The translations under genes and the position numbers were made by a program. This document shows positions 37,762 to 47,674 of a stretch of 64,000 bases of DNA, piece by piece. This stretch comes from an uncultured Gammaproteobacteria bacterium (GTDB lineage: Bacteria > Cyanobacteriota > Vampirovibrionia > LMEP-6097), in NCBI GenBank assembly GCA_964551135.1, contig CAZKAT010000003.1, positions 90,942-154,941 of the forward strand, written 5' to 3'. Numbering within the stretch: position 1 is the first letter of the stretch; every line of letters begins with the position of its first letter. The notes under the pieces are model-generated. The model was not told where the DNA came from. It searched no databases and saw only the letters and a program-made list of their open reading frames with translations.

Positions 37762-38736
37762 ATGGAAGCACACAAACCATCATTAATAGAAAGTATAGTA
37801 GTTTTTATAATTACCATACTAGTCTTAGCTCTAATATTAGAATTCGTTCTAGTATTCAAGAATAAGGACGGACGTAATTATGATATCGAGATGTGGAAAT
37901 ATTCTCGCGAGCTTAAGCGCGTCTCAAGCAATCCAAAACTCGGTCATGAACACATTCCTAATAAATCAGCTAAATTACAAAACGTTGATATTAGAATCAA
38001 CTCTCTTGGCATGCGCGGTGATGAGCCTAAAGTAGCTGATACCAAGATACTAATGCTCGGTAGTTCTATTACTTTCGGCTGGGGTGTACCAGAAGAGAAA
38101 ATCTATCCAGAACTTTTAGAAACTAAGTTTAAAGATAGCGGGAAGTCCGTAGAAGTTTACAATGCTGGCATTGGTAATTACAACAGCACCAGAGAAATAG
38201 AACTTTTCTTCTCTAAGCTAGAACAAATTAAACCAAATATCATCATCTTAAATTCTTTCATTAGAGATGCAGAGGTTATACCTAGCCCTAAACGCAATTG
38301 GCTACTAGAGAATTCTCAACTTGCAGTAACTATATGGTCAAGACTTGAGCAGCTTAAACGTAAATTTGGAGTAGAGACAAGCTTTGAACAACATTATAAG
38401 GATATCTATGCAGATGACTATCCTGGTTGGATAGAAATGCAGAAGGCTTTCGCCAGACTCGCAGAATATGCCCAAGCTAATCACGTCAGAGTAATTGTGA
38501 CAATGATTCCTGATATCCATAATCTTAAAGACTATCCTTTTGTTTTTATCCATGAGAAAGTAGCTAGGCTTGCTCAAGCTAATGGCTTCGAGTTTGTAGA
38601 CTTCTTTGATTCATTCAAGGACATCGCTGATCAAAGCAGTCTCTGGGCTATGCCAGGTGACCCGCATCCTAATGAGACGGGACATAAGTTAATGGTGAAT
38701 CAGTTGTATAATTACCTTGCTGCGTTTCCGCAATAG
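37762..38736 (+). CDS. membrane-anchored SGNH/GDSL hydrolase (polysaccharide O-acetyl transfer/esterase type)
   Basis: N-terminal TM. SGNH blocks LMLGSSITFGWG (Ser), NAGIGNY (Gly), and GDPHPNETGH (Asp/His). Confidence 0.65.
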   Translation: MEAHKPSLIESIVVFIITILVLALILEFVLVFKNKDGRNYDIEMWKYSRELKRVSSNPKLGHEHIPNKSAKLQNVDIRINSLGMRGDEPKVADTKILMLGSSITFGWGVPEEKIYPELLETKFKDSGKSVEVYNAGIGNYNSTREIELFFSKLEQIKPNIIILNSFIRDAEVIPSPKRNWLLENSQLAVTIWSRLEQLKRKFGVETSFEQHYKDIYADDYPGWIEMQKAFARLAEYAQANHVRVIVTMIPDIHNLKDYPFVFIHEKVARLAQANGFEFVDFFDSFKDIADQSSLWAMPGDPHPNETGHKLMVNQLYNYLAAFPQ

Positions 38737-38744
38737 AAAATAAG

Positions 38745-40157
38745 ATGCTATTTAATTCATCAAGCTTTTTTGTATTTTTCCTCTGCTTACTTGCAGTGAC
38801 TAGTCTTAGTCCACTCAGATGGATTAAGATCATACTTTTAATTGCCAGTCTTATTTTCTATTCTTTCTGGTATCCACCTTATTTGATAATGCTTCTAGTA
38901 ACAGTAAGCATTAACTATCTATTTTTGAAGCGCATATATGTTTTAAGAACTGCTCCAGGAGACGATCCTCAAGCCAAGAGATTACTTACTATATCTTTGG
39001 TTTTTAATTTACTCTTGCTGTTTGGTTTTAAATACTTACATTTCGTTGCTGGAGCTTTTGGTTATAGCTTACCTGCTGATTTCAAGTGGGCATTACCTCT
39101 TGGCATTTCTTTCTACACCTTCGAAGCTATAGCCTGTCTAGTAGACACTTATAAACGCCAGAATCCGTTCCCTCCTAAGTTTCAGGACTTCTTATTCTTT
39201 GTAAGTTTTTTCCCGCATCTTATTGCTGGTCCTATTCTAAGAATTAAAACCGATTGGGCACATGTGATGCACCCAATTAAACCTAATTTCAAATCAATCA
39301 ATTCTGGATTGTACCTATTTACCTGGGGCTTAGCTAAGAAATTACTTATCGCAGATAATTTAGCGATTTTTGTGGATAGTTCTTTTAATAATATTGCTAG
39401 CTTAAGTTCCCTAAACGCTTGGATCGGAATTTATGCTTTCGCTGTACAAATATATTGTGATTTCTCCGGTTACGTAGATATGGCACTCGGACTTGCCATT
39501 ATGTTTGGTATTGAGCTTCCTGATAACTTTAATGGTCCTTATCTATCTCAGTCTATAACTGAGTTCTGGCGTAGATGGCATATCACCTTATCAAGCTGGC
39601 TGAAAGACTATCTCTATATTCCTCTTGGTGGTAATCGCAAGGGCGAAATTAGAACTTTTATTAACCTAATGCTCACGATGCTACTGGGTGGTTTATGGCA
39701 CGGAGCTAATTGGACTTTTGTAATTTGGGGTGGCTTGCATGGACTATATCTTAGTGTTGAGAAACTTCTGCATGAGCATTTCAGCTTGCCACTTATCGAA
39801 GATAAAAGTAAATTCTCTCTGAGAATATTTATTCAACAAATAATTTGTTTTCATTTAGTTTGCTTAGCTTGGGTCTTCTTCAGAGCACATAGCTTAAACG
39901 AGGCTAGTAATTATATTTCAAAACTAATTAGCTTAGACACTCTTAATTCTATAAATGCTGACCCTCTACTAGAACAAAGCCTTGCTATTCTATTTATAGC
40001 TTTATGCTTACATCTCTTAAATAGAAAATTCAATATCAAAAACAGCATCAGCAACTGGCGCATAGAATTTAAATTAGCTTTCCTATTACTTGCTTCGGTT
40101 CTTATATTAGTAATGGGAGTAAAGCAGGAAGTACGGTTTATTTATTTTGATTTTTAA
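38745..40157 (+). CDS. MBOAT family O-acyltransferase (AlgI/DltB/PatA-like)
   Basis: Multi-TM protein with MBOAT signature WRRWHITLSSWLKDYLYIPLGGNRKG ... LWHGANWTFVIWGGLHG. Confidence 0.85.
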   Translation: MLFNSSSFFVFFLCLLAVTSLSPLRWIKIILLIASLIFYSFWYPPYLIMLLVTVSINYLFLKRIYVLRTAPGDDPQAKRLLTISLVFNLLLLFGFKYLHFVAGAFGYSLPADFKWALPLGISFYTFEAIACLVDTYKRQNPFPPKFQDFLFFVSFFPHLIAGPILRIKTDWAHVMHPIKPNFKSINSGLYLFTWGLAKKLLIADNLAIFVDSSFNNIASLSSLNAWIGIYAFAVQIYCDFSGYVDMALGLAIMFGIELPDNFNGPYLSQSITEFWRRWHITLSSWLKDYLYIPLGGNRKGEIRTFINLMLTMLLGGLWHGANWTFVIWGGLHGLYLSVEKLLHEHFSLPLIEDKSKFSLRIFIQQIICFHLVCLAWVFFRAHSLNEASNYISKLISLDTLNSINADPLLEQSLAILFIALCLHLLNRKFNIKNSISNWRIEFKLAFLLLASVLILVMGVKQEVRFIYFDF

Positions 40158-40170
40158 ATTTATCTCAGTA

Positions 40171-40989
40171 TTAAATATTATCTCGCTGAGGCGTGTATGT
40201 CTCAAGAACCTCTTTGAGTTGTTGTTTCAGCTCTATATGTAAACTTAAATTACGTGATAAGTCGCTAGTTAAGCTACCATGATTCAGACCCAAATGTTTC
40301 CCAGAAGCCATAAAGGCACCCTCCCCATAATCAGAACGCGATTGAGCAATAAATCTTAAAACATCTAATACTATTGGATCGAGCTGTGCTTGATTTGCCA
40401 TTTTCTTAAGATCATCATGTAATTCATAACCAGGCTGAGCCGCTTCTGCAGACTGTTCAATAAATCTAAGCATCTGCTGAACTGTTTGTTTTTGAAGCTC
40501 TAAAAGCTTAGCAGGATCTTGAGCAAGTGCTTTAAGTGCAGCACGAGATGCATCATCAACTTTAACTTCTGGTATATCTACTACTTGAATACGAAAGTTT
40601 CCCCCCAAACCATCAGCCTTAAATCTTTGAATATGGAATTCAGAACTTTCTACGCCATAGTCTAGTGTTGCAGTTTTACCAGGAGCAAATTTTAAAGAAA
40701 CAACTGGATTTGCAATAAGTCGATTGTTGTAATAAGCTGCAAATTTAGTGCCTTTAGGAAATGCGTTCAGCCATGTATTCACTGAAGCTAAAAGTCCTGT
40801 TTCTATTGCAGAACGTGAAATCGCAAATATTTGACCAGATTGAACCTTAGCAGCGGGATTTTGACTAAGCTCTTTAGAATTCCGAATTGGAATATCAGAT
40901 GAAATCGGAGCTATAGAAGCTGGAATATTATTACCATTTGTTGAATTATTGGAAGAAGTACCATAAATATGTTGGCGAAGAGTAGTCAT
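40171..40989 (-). CDS. hypothetical protein
   Basis: 272-aa ORF with no signal peptide and no recognisable motif. Divergent from the small membrane protein gene. Confidence 0.4.
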   Translation of the reverse strand: MTTLRQHIYGTSSNNSTNGNNIPASIAPISSDIPIRNSKELSQNPAAKVQSGQIFAISRSAIETGLLASVNTWLNAFPKGTKFAAYYNNRLIANPVVSLKFAPGKTATLDYGVESSEFHIQRFKADGLGGNFRIQVVDIPEVKVDDASRAALKALAQDPAKLLELQKQTVQQMLRFIEQSAEAAQPGYELHDDLKKMANQAQLDPIVLDVLRFIAQSRSDYGEGAFMASGKHLGLNHGSLTSDLSRNLSLHIELKQQLKEVLETYTPQRDNI

Positions 40990-41077
40990 TATCTTGCTGA
41001 TTTTACCATGTGTAATTATTTTTATTCAAGGATATTGCTTATTTTTGAATAGATATAGATCAACTATAATAAAAGCC

Positions 41078-41287
41078 ATGCTAAAAGCTATCACTAATAC
41101 TTGTTCTAAATTATATAAAGGTCTAATTGCTGGCCTGAAAACTCTCTATGAATTATTTATCTATATCTCTAAATCTAAATTCTGGTGGCTAGCACCAATG
41201 ATACTGGCTTTAGTACTATGTGGAATCTTCTTAGTAGTAGTCAATACCGTTACAACTACTATGCCATTTGTTTACGCACTATTTTAA
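41078..41287 (+). CDS. small membrane protein of the type found beside carbamoyltransferases (DUF5989/SxtK-like)
   Basis: SKFWWLAPMILALVLCGIFLVVVNTVTTTMPFVYALF. The start is chosen at the internal Met (MLKAITN); the ORF track starts at 40994. Confidence 0.5.
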   Translation: MLKAITNTCSKLYKGLIAGLKTLYELFIYISKSKFWWLAPMILALVLCGIFLVVVNTVTTTMPFVYALF

Positions 41288-41304
41288 TTTGCTATATTTA
41301 GGTC

Positions 41305-42273
41305 ATGAACGATCTTAAGAAGAACCTAGGCGTATTTCTATTAACAGTTTTATTAATTGTAATAGGCGCTGAATTATATTATCGCTTCGTCAATCCCAAA
41401 GTACTAGGTAACACTGGTTCATTGTCTTATACTAAATGGTCACTAAACAATGTCAAACTCAATAGCTGGGGTTTTAGAGATAAAGAAAGAACTATCAAAA
41501 AAGAAAACCCTGCTATCAAAAGAGTCTTAGTAATTGGACCTTCTAATATATATGGTCAAGGCGTTACTAATCTTGAAGAGAGACTAACCGAAAGACTAGA
41601 GAGAAAACTTAACGCAAGCAATTCTGGTCAGTACGAAGTAATTAATTTTGGAACTATGACTCTAGATCCTGTTGGTACCTCTGTAGTACTTCTGAACAAT
41701 ACTATTCAAGCTGGTTTAGAGTTTGACTATGTCGTAGTTTACTATGCTTGGAATGCTATTAAACATATACCTGAAATTGGTCAAGCTTATATGAAATATA
41801 AAATGAGCCATTATAATGAGGCTAAACCCAATCCACTAGATCAAGCTCTATCTAAAAGTTCATATTTATATGACTGGGTTAAAAATGTGTCTAAGGATAA
41901 AACTTTCTTGATCGATGGTAAGACTTATACTGAGTGGCATTTAGACTACTATAATAATGATGACTATTTCAGAAAACATATAGAAGCTCTTAAATCAATC
42001 AATGATATGGTCAGCAAACACAATGCCAAACTTTATTTATTAATAGTGCCAATTAGTTACAATGAAAAAGAACGCGAAAAATATGCTCCAATACGCAATA
42101 AACTACTAAGCGCACTTCAAGAAGCTAATATTAGCTATGCTGATGCAACGCAGATCTATAATGGCATTCCTGAAATGGAAATTCCTGTAAGTAAGTATGA
42201 TGGACACAATAAATCTAAATACTACGAAAACATGGTTGACATTCTAGTTCCGCTTATCGAAAAGCAGCCCTAG
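41305..42273 (+). CDS. membrane-anchored SGNH-like hydrolase paralog
   Basis: N-terminal TM. VLVIGPSNIYGQG (Ser block), VINFGTMT (Gly block), and YDGHNKSKYYEN (Asp/His block). Confidence 0.55.
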   Translation: MNDLKKNLGVFLLTVLLIVIGAELYYRFVNPKVLGNTGSLSYTKWSLNNVKLNSWGFRDKERTIKKENPAIKRVLVIGPSNIYGQGVTNLEERLTERLERKLNASNSGQYEVINFGTMTLDPVGTSVVLLNNTIQAGLEFDYVVVYYAWNAIKHIPEIGQAYMKYKMSHYNEAKPNPLDQALSKSSYLYDWVKNVSKDKTFLIDGKTYTEWHLDYYNNDDYFRKHIEALKSINDMVSKHNAKLYLLIVPISYNEKEREKYAPIRNKLLSALQEANISYADATQIYNGIPEMEIPVSKYDGHNKSKYYENMVDILVPLIEKQP

Positions 42274-43837
42274 TAGCCATCTCTTCTGCAGCAGTACTAA
42301 ACTCTAAATCACTAATATCAATTAATCTAATACCCGCTTCTGGATTCAAGATCTCAGTTTGAGCAGCTTTCAGAGCGGGAACATTAGCTACATAAGGATT
42401 ATAATCAGGAATATTACGCAGACCAAAAAATAAGATACGAGTTTTAACGAAATTCTGCTTTAATTCTTTGATAAAAGCTGCTAAGAACTTTTGATAGTTA
42501 TATGGATCATCCAAATCACTATCTCCTGAATAAATCATTAATCCCTGGAATTTTAAACCTAATAATGGTTCTATTCTCTCATAATAAATCAAACCAGGCG
42601 TAGTCAGATCAGGAGTCTTACGATAGGACCATTTATAACCTGGCTTAAGCACTGTCTCTGACTTAGTTCCAGAAGATAAATTAATGCGAAGATTCAGTTG
42701 CTCACGAGCAAGCTTCACCACATCATCAACATCAGTTATCAATAATTCTATTTTATTATATTTAGGCTTAAGCAAGGATGCTGCTACATTGAAAACCCGT
42801 AAGGTTTCGGCTTCATCAATACTACCTATCAATTCTTCATTAATGAATAAGCTAATATCACCTTCAGTAATCTTATCGACAGCAAGTTGAATAAGGGTAG
42901 AACCATTCAAGTTTAAATTAGTATTGAATAGAGATTTATAATGATGTTCTACTGGAATATCAGTTGCTGCAAGCTCATCATGTGTTTCATCATCAGCGTC
43001 AAGGTTCTCCGCTGCGACCTCTTGCTTACCATGTTTCTCTTCATGAGTCACAATTGCTTCAACAGAACTTTTTATGTCGTCAGGAACGTTAGTAACAACT
43101 AACGAATCTTGAAATTCTGGGAATTGAACCAGTGTCTCTGGACTAAGCAAAGTTTTAATTGGGATATAATTCTCAGAGACATTAATTATGCCGACAGGCA
43201 CATGATAACGTTTACTAAAAAGCTTAGCTAAGTAATAAGGAACCGCTGGTATATCAGTAACATTTTGTGGTGCAACAATCTGCCAAAGTGCTTCCTGATT
43301 AAGTTCTTTAAATCCAGTTGTTTCAGATGAAAGATCAGCATCATAATATCTAATATTGTTTAGACTAGTAGCAGCTTTAATTTCCTTAGTAAAATCTTTA
43401 GTCTTACTCAGAGGAAAATTAATTATAGATTCACCAAGTACTAACCATTGATCTCCTATAAGAACATTCTCTAAAATAATCTCTTCTTTATCTGATTTAA
43501 TTTTAATTTCATAAGGGCCGCCAGCATCATGCTCACCTATATTAATTTTCCAATTATCATTTTCATCAGATTTGCCAGTGTAAGATTTATCTTTAAATTT
43601 TATTTTTATTTCTTTATCATGATGAGCCTTACCCCAAATTGTGATGGTTTGATTTCTTTGTAGCAGCATATTGTCAGTAAAAACTTTAGCCAGGCTAAGA
43701 TTAGGCGGATAATAGTCCACCTTCAGCTTATTAAGATGGATTAAGGAGTATCTCATAATGGCTACAAAAGCAAGTATCACTATTAATAGTGAAAGATATA
43801 ATTTTATAGTCTTATCTTTATTCTTGTCCTGAGCCAC
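42254..43837 (-). CDS. sialate-O-acetylesterase-like (SASA/DUF303-type) carbohydrate esterase, membrane-anchored
   Basis: N-terminal TM. SASA N-terminus KVFTDNMLLQRNQTITIWGKA...GGPYEIKIKS...ILENVLIGDQWLVLGESI, parallel to the SIAE GQSNM serine block. Confidence 0.5.
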   Translation of the reverse strand: MAQDKNKDKTIKLYLSLLIVILAFVAIMRYSLIHLNKLKVDYYPPNLSLAKVFTDNMLLQRNQTITIWGKAHHDKEIKIKFKDKSYTGKSDENDNWKINIGEHDAGGPYEIKIKSDKEEIILENVLIGDQWLVLGESIINFPLSKTKDFTKEIKAATSLNNIRYYDADLSSETTGFKELNQEALWQIVAPQNVTDIPAVPYYLAKLFSKRYHVPVGIINVSENYIPIKTLLSPETLVQFPEFQDSLVVTNVPDDIKSSVEAIVTHEEKHGKQEVAAENLDADDETHDELAATDIPVEHHYKSLFNTNLNLNGSTLIQLAVDKITEGDISLFINEELIGSIDEAETLRVFNVAASLLKPKYNKIELLITDVDDVVKLAREQLNLRINLSSGTKSETVLKPGYKWSYRKTPDLTTPGLIYYERIEPLLGLKFQGLMIYSGDSDLDDPYNYQKFLAAFIKELKQNFVKTRILFFGLRNIPDYNPYVANVPALKAAQTEILNPEAGIRLIDISDLEFSTAAEEMATRAAFR

Positions 43838-43869
43838 CTAAACGCATTATACTGGTATTTCGAGGAAAA

Positions 43870-44070
43870 ATGGCGTTATTAAAAAAAATCTGGAAACTAT
43901 GGAAGGCATTTGCCGATAAAGTATTAAGAACAGCTTTTCAGATTATTCTATTGATTTTTTATTTCACTATTTTAGTCCCCTTTGCAATTATATTTAATAT
44001 TGCAGATAAGGAAACATTTTTATCGGGCTGGAAACCTGTAAGCGAATCACAGGCTAAGGACATGTACTAA
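43870..44070 (+). CDS. small membrane protein immediately upstream of the carbamoyltransferase (SxtJ/K-like partner)
   Basis: 66 aa with one TM (AFQIILLIFYFTILVPFAIIF). Its stop overlaps the start of the carbamoyltransferase gene. Confidence 0.45.
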   Translation: MALLKKIWKLWKAFADKVLRTAFQIILLIFYFTILVPFAIIFNIADKETFLSGWKPVSESQAKDMY

Positions 44071-45824
44071 TGACAGTGAAAATTATTGGAATTTCTGCTT
44101 TTTATCACGATGCTGCAGCAGCGCTAATAATTGACGGTAAGATTATCGCCTGCGCGCAAGAAGAAAGATTTAGTCGTATTAAAAATGATTCTGAATTTCC
44201 TAAACATGCCTTAGAGTTCTGTCTAGAACAAGGATCCAAAGAACTAGGTCAAAAACTAAGTATTAACGACATAGACTATTTAGTATTTTACGAGAAACCT
44301 ATACTGAAATTCGAACGCATTCTTCTTAGCTGCCTAAAGTATTTCCCTAAAACATTTTGGTTCTTCGTTAAATCCATGATCACTTGGTTCTCAGATAAAT
44401 TATGGATGAAAGGTAAACTAGCAGAGCTTTCTGGCATAGCCCCAGAAAAAATTGTCTTCTCTCAACATCACTTATCCCATGCTTGTAGTTCTTATTTCTG
44501 TTCTGACTATAATGAAGCAGCGATACTGACTATTGATGGAGTAGGTGAGTGGGCTACTACAACTATCGGTCACGCTCAGGGAAATAAAATTAAACTCTTA
44601 GAAGAAATTAGATTTCCTAACTCTATAGGTTTACTATACTCGACATTGACTGCGTTTCTTGGCTTTGAAGTGAATGAAGGTGAATATAAAGTTATGGGCA
44701 TGGCTTCATATGGTAAGCCCAAGTATGTTGAGCAAATTAAGCAAATGTTTCAGTTAAATGATGATGCTAGCTTCTACAACGTAGAAAAATTCTATGCATA
44801 TTTATATGATCCAGCTAAGAGCTACACTGCAGAGCTAGAGAAACTTTTAGGTAAGCCTCGTGAGCGTGGTGATAGGTTCTTCGTTGATCCTGAAAGCAAG
44901 GAACGCGACCAACACTATGCAGATATAGCTAAGAGCTTACAAGTTATTACTGAAGATGCTGTACTAGCCCTAGCTCGTAGAGCTAAGCAGCTTACTGGCT
45001 CTAAAAATTTATGTTTCTCTGGCGGAGTAGCACTTAATTGTGTAGCGAACGCTAGAATACTTAGAGAATTAAATTATGAGGATGTCTTTGTGCAACCTGC
45101 AGCTGGTGACTCAGGTAGCGCTCTAGGAGCTGCTTACTACGCTTATAATATTCTTCTGAATAACCCTAAGGTAGATTCTGGATTCACACATCCTTATTGG
45201 GGTACCGAAATCACTGATGCTGAAGTAGAACAAGAGATTAAAGCTCGTGGACTCACTAAAGTAACTAGATTTAATAGTTTTGAAGAATTACTAACAAGGC
45301 TTGCAGAAATACTGAATTCAGAAAAAGTAATTGGTTGGTGCCAGGGTAGATTTGAATGGGGACCTAGATCACTTGGTGCTCGCAGTATTATTGCTTCTGC
45401 AGCTAAAGCAGAGATGAGAGATACTGTTAACCTCAAGATTAAATTTAGAGAAGCTTTTAGACCCTTTGCTCCAGCAGTAATAGAAGAAGCCGCTGATCAA
45501 TACTTTGATCTAAAGCATCCAACTAAGACTTCTATGTATAAGTATATGCTTGCTATTTGCCCGGTGAAACAAGGGAAGCTGCTAGAAGCTATCACTCACG
45601 TTGATGGCTCTGGAAGAGCACAAACCGTCAACAGAGAGACTAATGCTAAGTTCTATGATCTACTTAAAGCTTATGAGAAGCTTTCTGGCATACCAGTGCT
45701 TATTAATACTTCTTATAATCTCCGTGGTGAACCAATAGTAACAACAGCTTCAGATGCTTTGAATACTTTTTATAAGAGTGGATTAGATGCACTAGCTATA
45801 AATAATTATTTGATAGAGAAATGA
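44070..45824 (+). CDS. NodU/CmcH-family carbamoyltransferase
   Basis: N-terminal MTVKIIGISAFYHDAAAALIIDGKIIACAQEERFSRIKND typical of the YrdC/Kae1-like carbamoyltransferase family. 584 aa. Confidence 0.9.
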   Translation: MTVKIIGISAFYHDAAAALIIDGKIIACAQEERFSRIKNDSEFPKHALEFCLEQGSKELGQKLSINDIDYLVFYEKPILKFERILLSCLKYFPKTFWFFVKSMITWFSDKLWMKGKLAELSGIAPEKIVFSQHHLSHACSSYFCSDYNEAAILTIDGVGEWATTTIGHAQGNKIKLLEEIRFPNSIGLLYSTLTAFLGFEVNEGEYKVMGMASYGKPKYVEQIKQMFQLNDDASFYNVEKFYAYLYDPAKSYTAELEKLLGKPRERGDRFFVDPESKERDQHYADIAKSLQVITEDAVLALARRAKQLTGSKNLCFSGGVALNCVANARILRELNYEDVFVQPAAGDSGSALGAAYYAYNILLNNPKVDSGFTHPYWGTEITDAEVEQEIKARGLTKVTRFNSFEELLTRLAEILNSEKVIGWCQGRFEWGPRSLGARSIIASAAKAEMRDTVNLKIKFREAFRPFAPAVIEEAADQYFDLKHPTKTSMYKYMLAICPVKQGKLLEAITHVDGSGRAQTVNRETNAKFYDLLKAYEKLSGIPVLINTSYNLRGEPIVTTASDALNTFYKSGLDALAINNYLIEK

Positions 45825-46496
45825 TTAAACTGCAATTAACTTATATCCAGACTGACTATAAGTATGAGTCTCATTACCAATTTTATCCGTAACTAAAAGT
45901 TCAGTGATAGGCACTTCTTCATCCTGGTAAACCTCTCTCCTATTTACGGCATCAAAGTGTCCATCAGGAAATCCATTCATATGAAAGTCTAACAATCGTT
46001 GACTCGAAGCTTCATAAGCTTCAAGATTCAATAACTTAACCTTCTTAGAATCTAATTTACCATCTTGTCTAATAACATAATCTAGTAAGAATTTTAATTC
46101 TGGATGATCAATTCCAAAAATATCTTCGGCTTGAGGAAAATAGAGTTGAACTCTTGCATGACTATCATCAAGTCTTTCTATATCGATTTGTCCCTCCATA
46201 AATCCTCCTCCTCTAGAGAAAGAAACTGTTCCAGAACGTAATTCACCTTGTCCATTATCAGTAGCAACTCTCATAGTAGCTATATTATCTATTTGTCTAT
46301 TTATGTTTCCTGCAATTTCTTCCACAGGCAACTTAGCTAGAAATCCCTGTTCTAGTGTATGTAGATTAAACTCATCTCTTATCCGCTCAGAAGGCTTAGT
46401 ATCATCTTGCTTAGATTTAGTTAATACACCACGAGTCAAGTCTTCAATATTAATCTTAAAAGGAATGTTTATTGCAAGTCTTGATGTCTTCAACAT
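45825..46496 (-). CDS. hypothetical protein
   Basis: 223-aa ORF with no recognisable motif. Confidence 0.4.
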   Translation of the reverse strand: MLKTSRLAINIPFKINIEDLTRGVLTKSKQDDTKPSERIRDEFNLHTLEQGFLAKLPVEEIAGNINRQIDNIATMRVATDNGQGELRSGTVSFSRGGGFMEGQIDIERLDDSHARVQLYFPQAEDIFGIDHPELKFLLDYVIRQDGKLDSKKVKLLNLEAYEASSQRLLDFHMNGFPDGHFDAVNRREVYQDEEVPITELLVTDKIGNETHTYSQSGYKLIAV

Positions 46497-46567
46497 AAGT
46501 GCAAGAATAGCACAAATATAAAAGCAAAATCAACTGCTATTTAGTAATACGCTATAATACTCGCATT

Positions 46568-47674
46568 GTGACGACGACTATGAATCAATTTTCCGAAACA
46601 GAAGTTAATAATCCCGAAGAGATTATAAGTAGCATTGATAGAGCTACTAAGAATGGTTTTGTGGCACATGATTTGAACAATAAAGTTATACGCTTTAGTA
46701 GCAAAATGCAGGAAGTTACTGGCTGGACTGAAGCAGAAGTTATGGGGAAGGACGTAAAAGAACTATATCAAGTACAAGATGCTTGTAATATTCAAGATCC
46801 CGATGCTGTTACTGAGCATGTGGTGACTTTATTTACTAAGGATGGTAAACAAATCAAATTAGCTGTAAGACAGACAGGCATTCTTGGTAAAGAAGGGGAA
46901 GCTGTCGGATGTTTAATGTTTTTTGTTATCGAAAACTATAATAAAAACTTAGATAGAGCTCAATCAGAATTCATTAGTACTGTATCGCATGAATTAAGAA
47001 CTCCAATCACTAGTATCAAAGGGTTTGCTTCTACTTTACTTAGTACCAAAAAAGAACTAGAAAAAGAGAAACGCGATAAATATATTCGTATTATTCAAAA
47101 CCAAGCTGATAGACTTTCTCGCTTAGTTGAAGATTTACTTGCAGTATCAAGACTAGAAAGTAAAAAATTACAATTAACTATTCATCCAGTAAAACTTTTA
47201 CCAATAGTAGACTATGTCGCTGAAGTTGTTGGTTCTAAGCATAAGTTCTCCCATGAAGTGAAGATGGATTGTCCTAAAGATTTACCAGAAGTTTGGGTAG
47301 ATAAGGATAGACTAGAACAGATCTTAACTAATCTAATTGATAATGCTTTTAAATATTCACCTGAATCTAAGATTATAGACATCAGCATCAGAGTCGATAA
47401 ACTCAACTATCAAGACATGGTTAGAATAGATATAACTGACTATGGGATTGGGATTGAAGCTGAAAACCAACAAAAAATCTTCACTAAGTTTAGTAGACTC
47501 GATAATCCTCTTACTAGAGTTACTGAAGGTACTGGACTAGGATTGTATATTAGTCGTTCTCTTACTAAGATACAAGGTGGTGAATTAAAGCTTAGTAGCA
47601 CCAAGGGTAAAACTACATTCTCTGTATATCTTCCATTAACAGCTCATAAGGGTGGTGAAATATGGTGGGATTAA
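46568..47674 (+). CDS. cytoplasmic PAS-domain sensor histidine kinase
   Basis: PAS-like N-terminus. H-box HELRTPITSIKGF. HATPase N and G boxes (LIDNAFKYS, GTGLGLYI). No TM. Confidence 0.85.
   Translation: MTTTMNQFSETEVNNPEEIISSIDRATKNGFVAHDLNNKVIRFSSKMQEVTGWTEAEVMGKDVKELYQVQDACNIQDPDAVTEHVVTLFTKDGKQIKLAVRQTGILGKEGEAVGCLMFFVIENYNKNLDRAQSEFISTVSHELRTPITSIKGFASTLLSTKKELEKEKRDKYIRIIQNQADRLSRLVEDLLAVSRLESKKLQLTIHPVKLLPIVDYVAEVVGSKHKFSHEVKMDCPKDLPEVWVDKDRLEQILTNLIDNAFKYSPESKIIDISIRVDKLNYQDMVRIDITDYGIGIEAENQQKIFTKFSRLDNPLTRVTEGTGLGLYISRSLTKIQGGELKLSSTKGKTTFSVYLPLTAHKGGEIWWD

Noticed and set aside
40994-41077. N-terminal 28 codons of the small membrane protein ORF as given in the track
   Set aside because: The conserved DUF5989-like part starts after the internal Met at 41078. 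The upstream part overlaps the divergent promoter region and looks non-coding.
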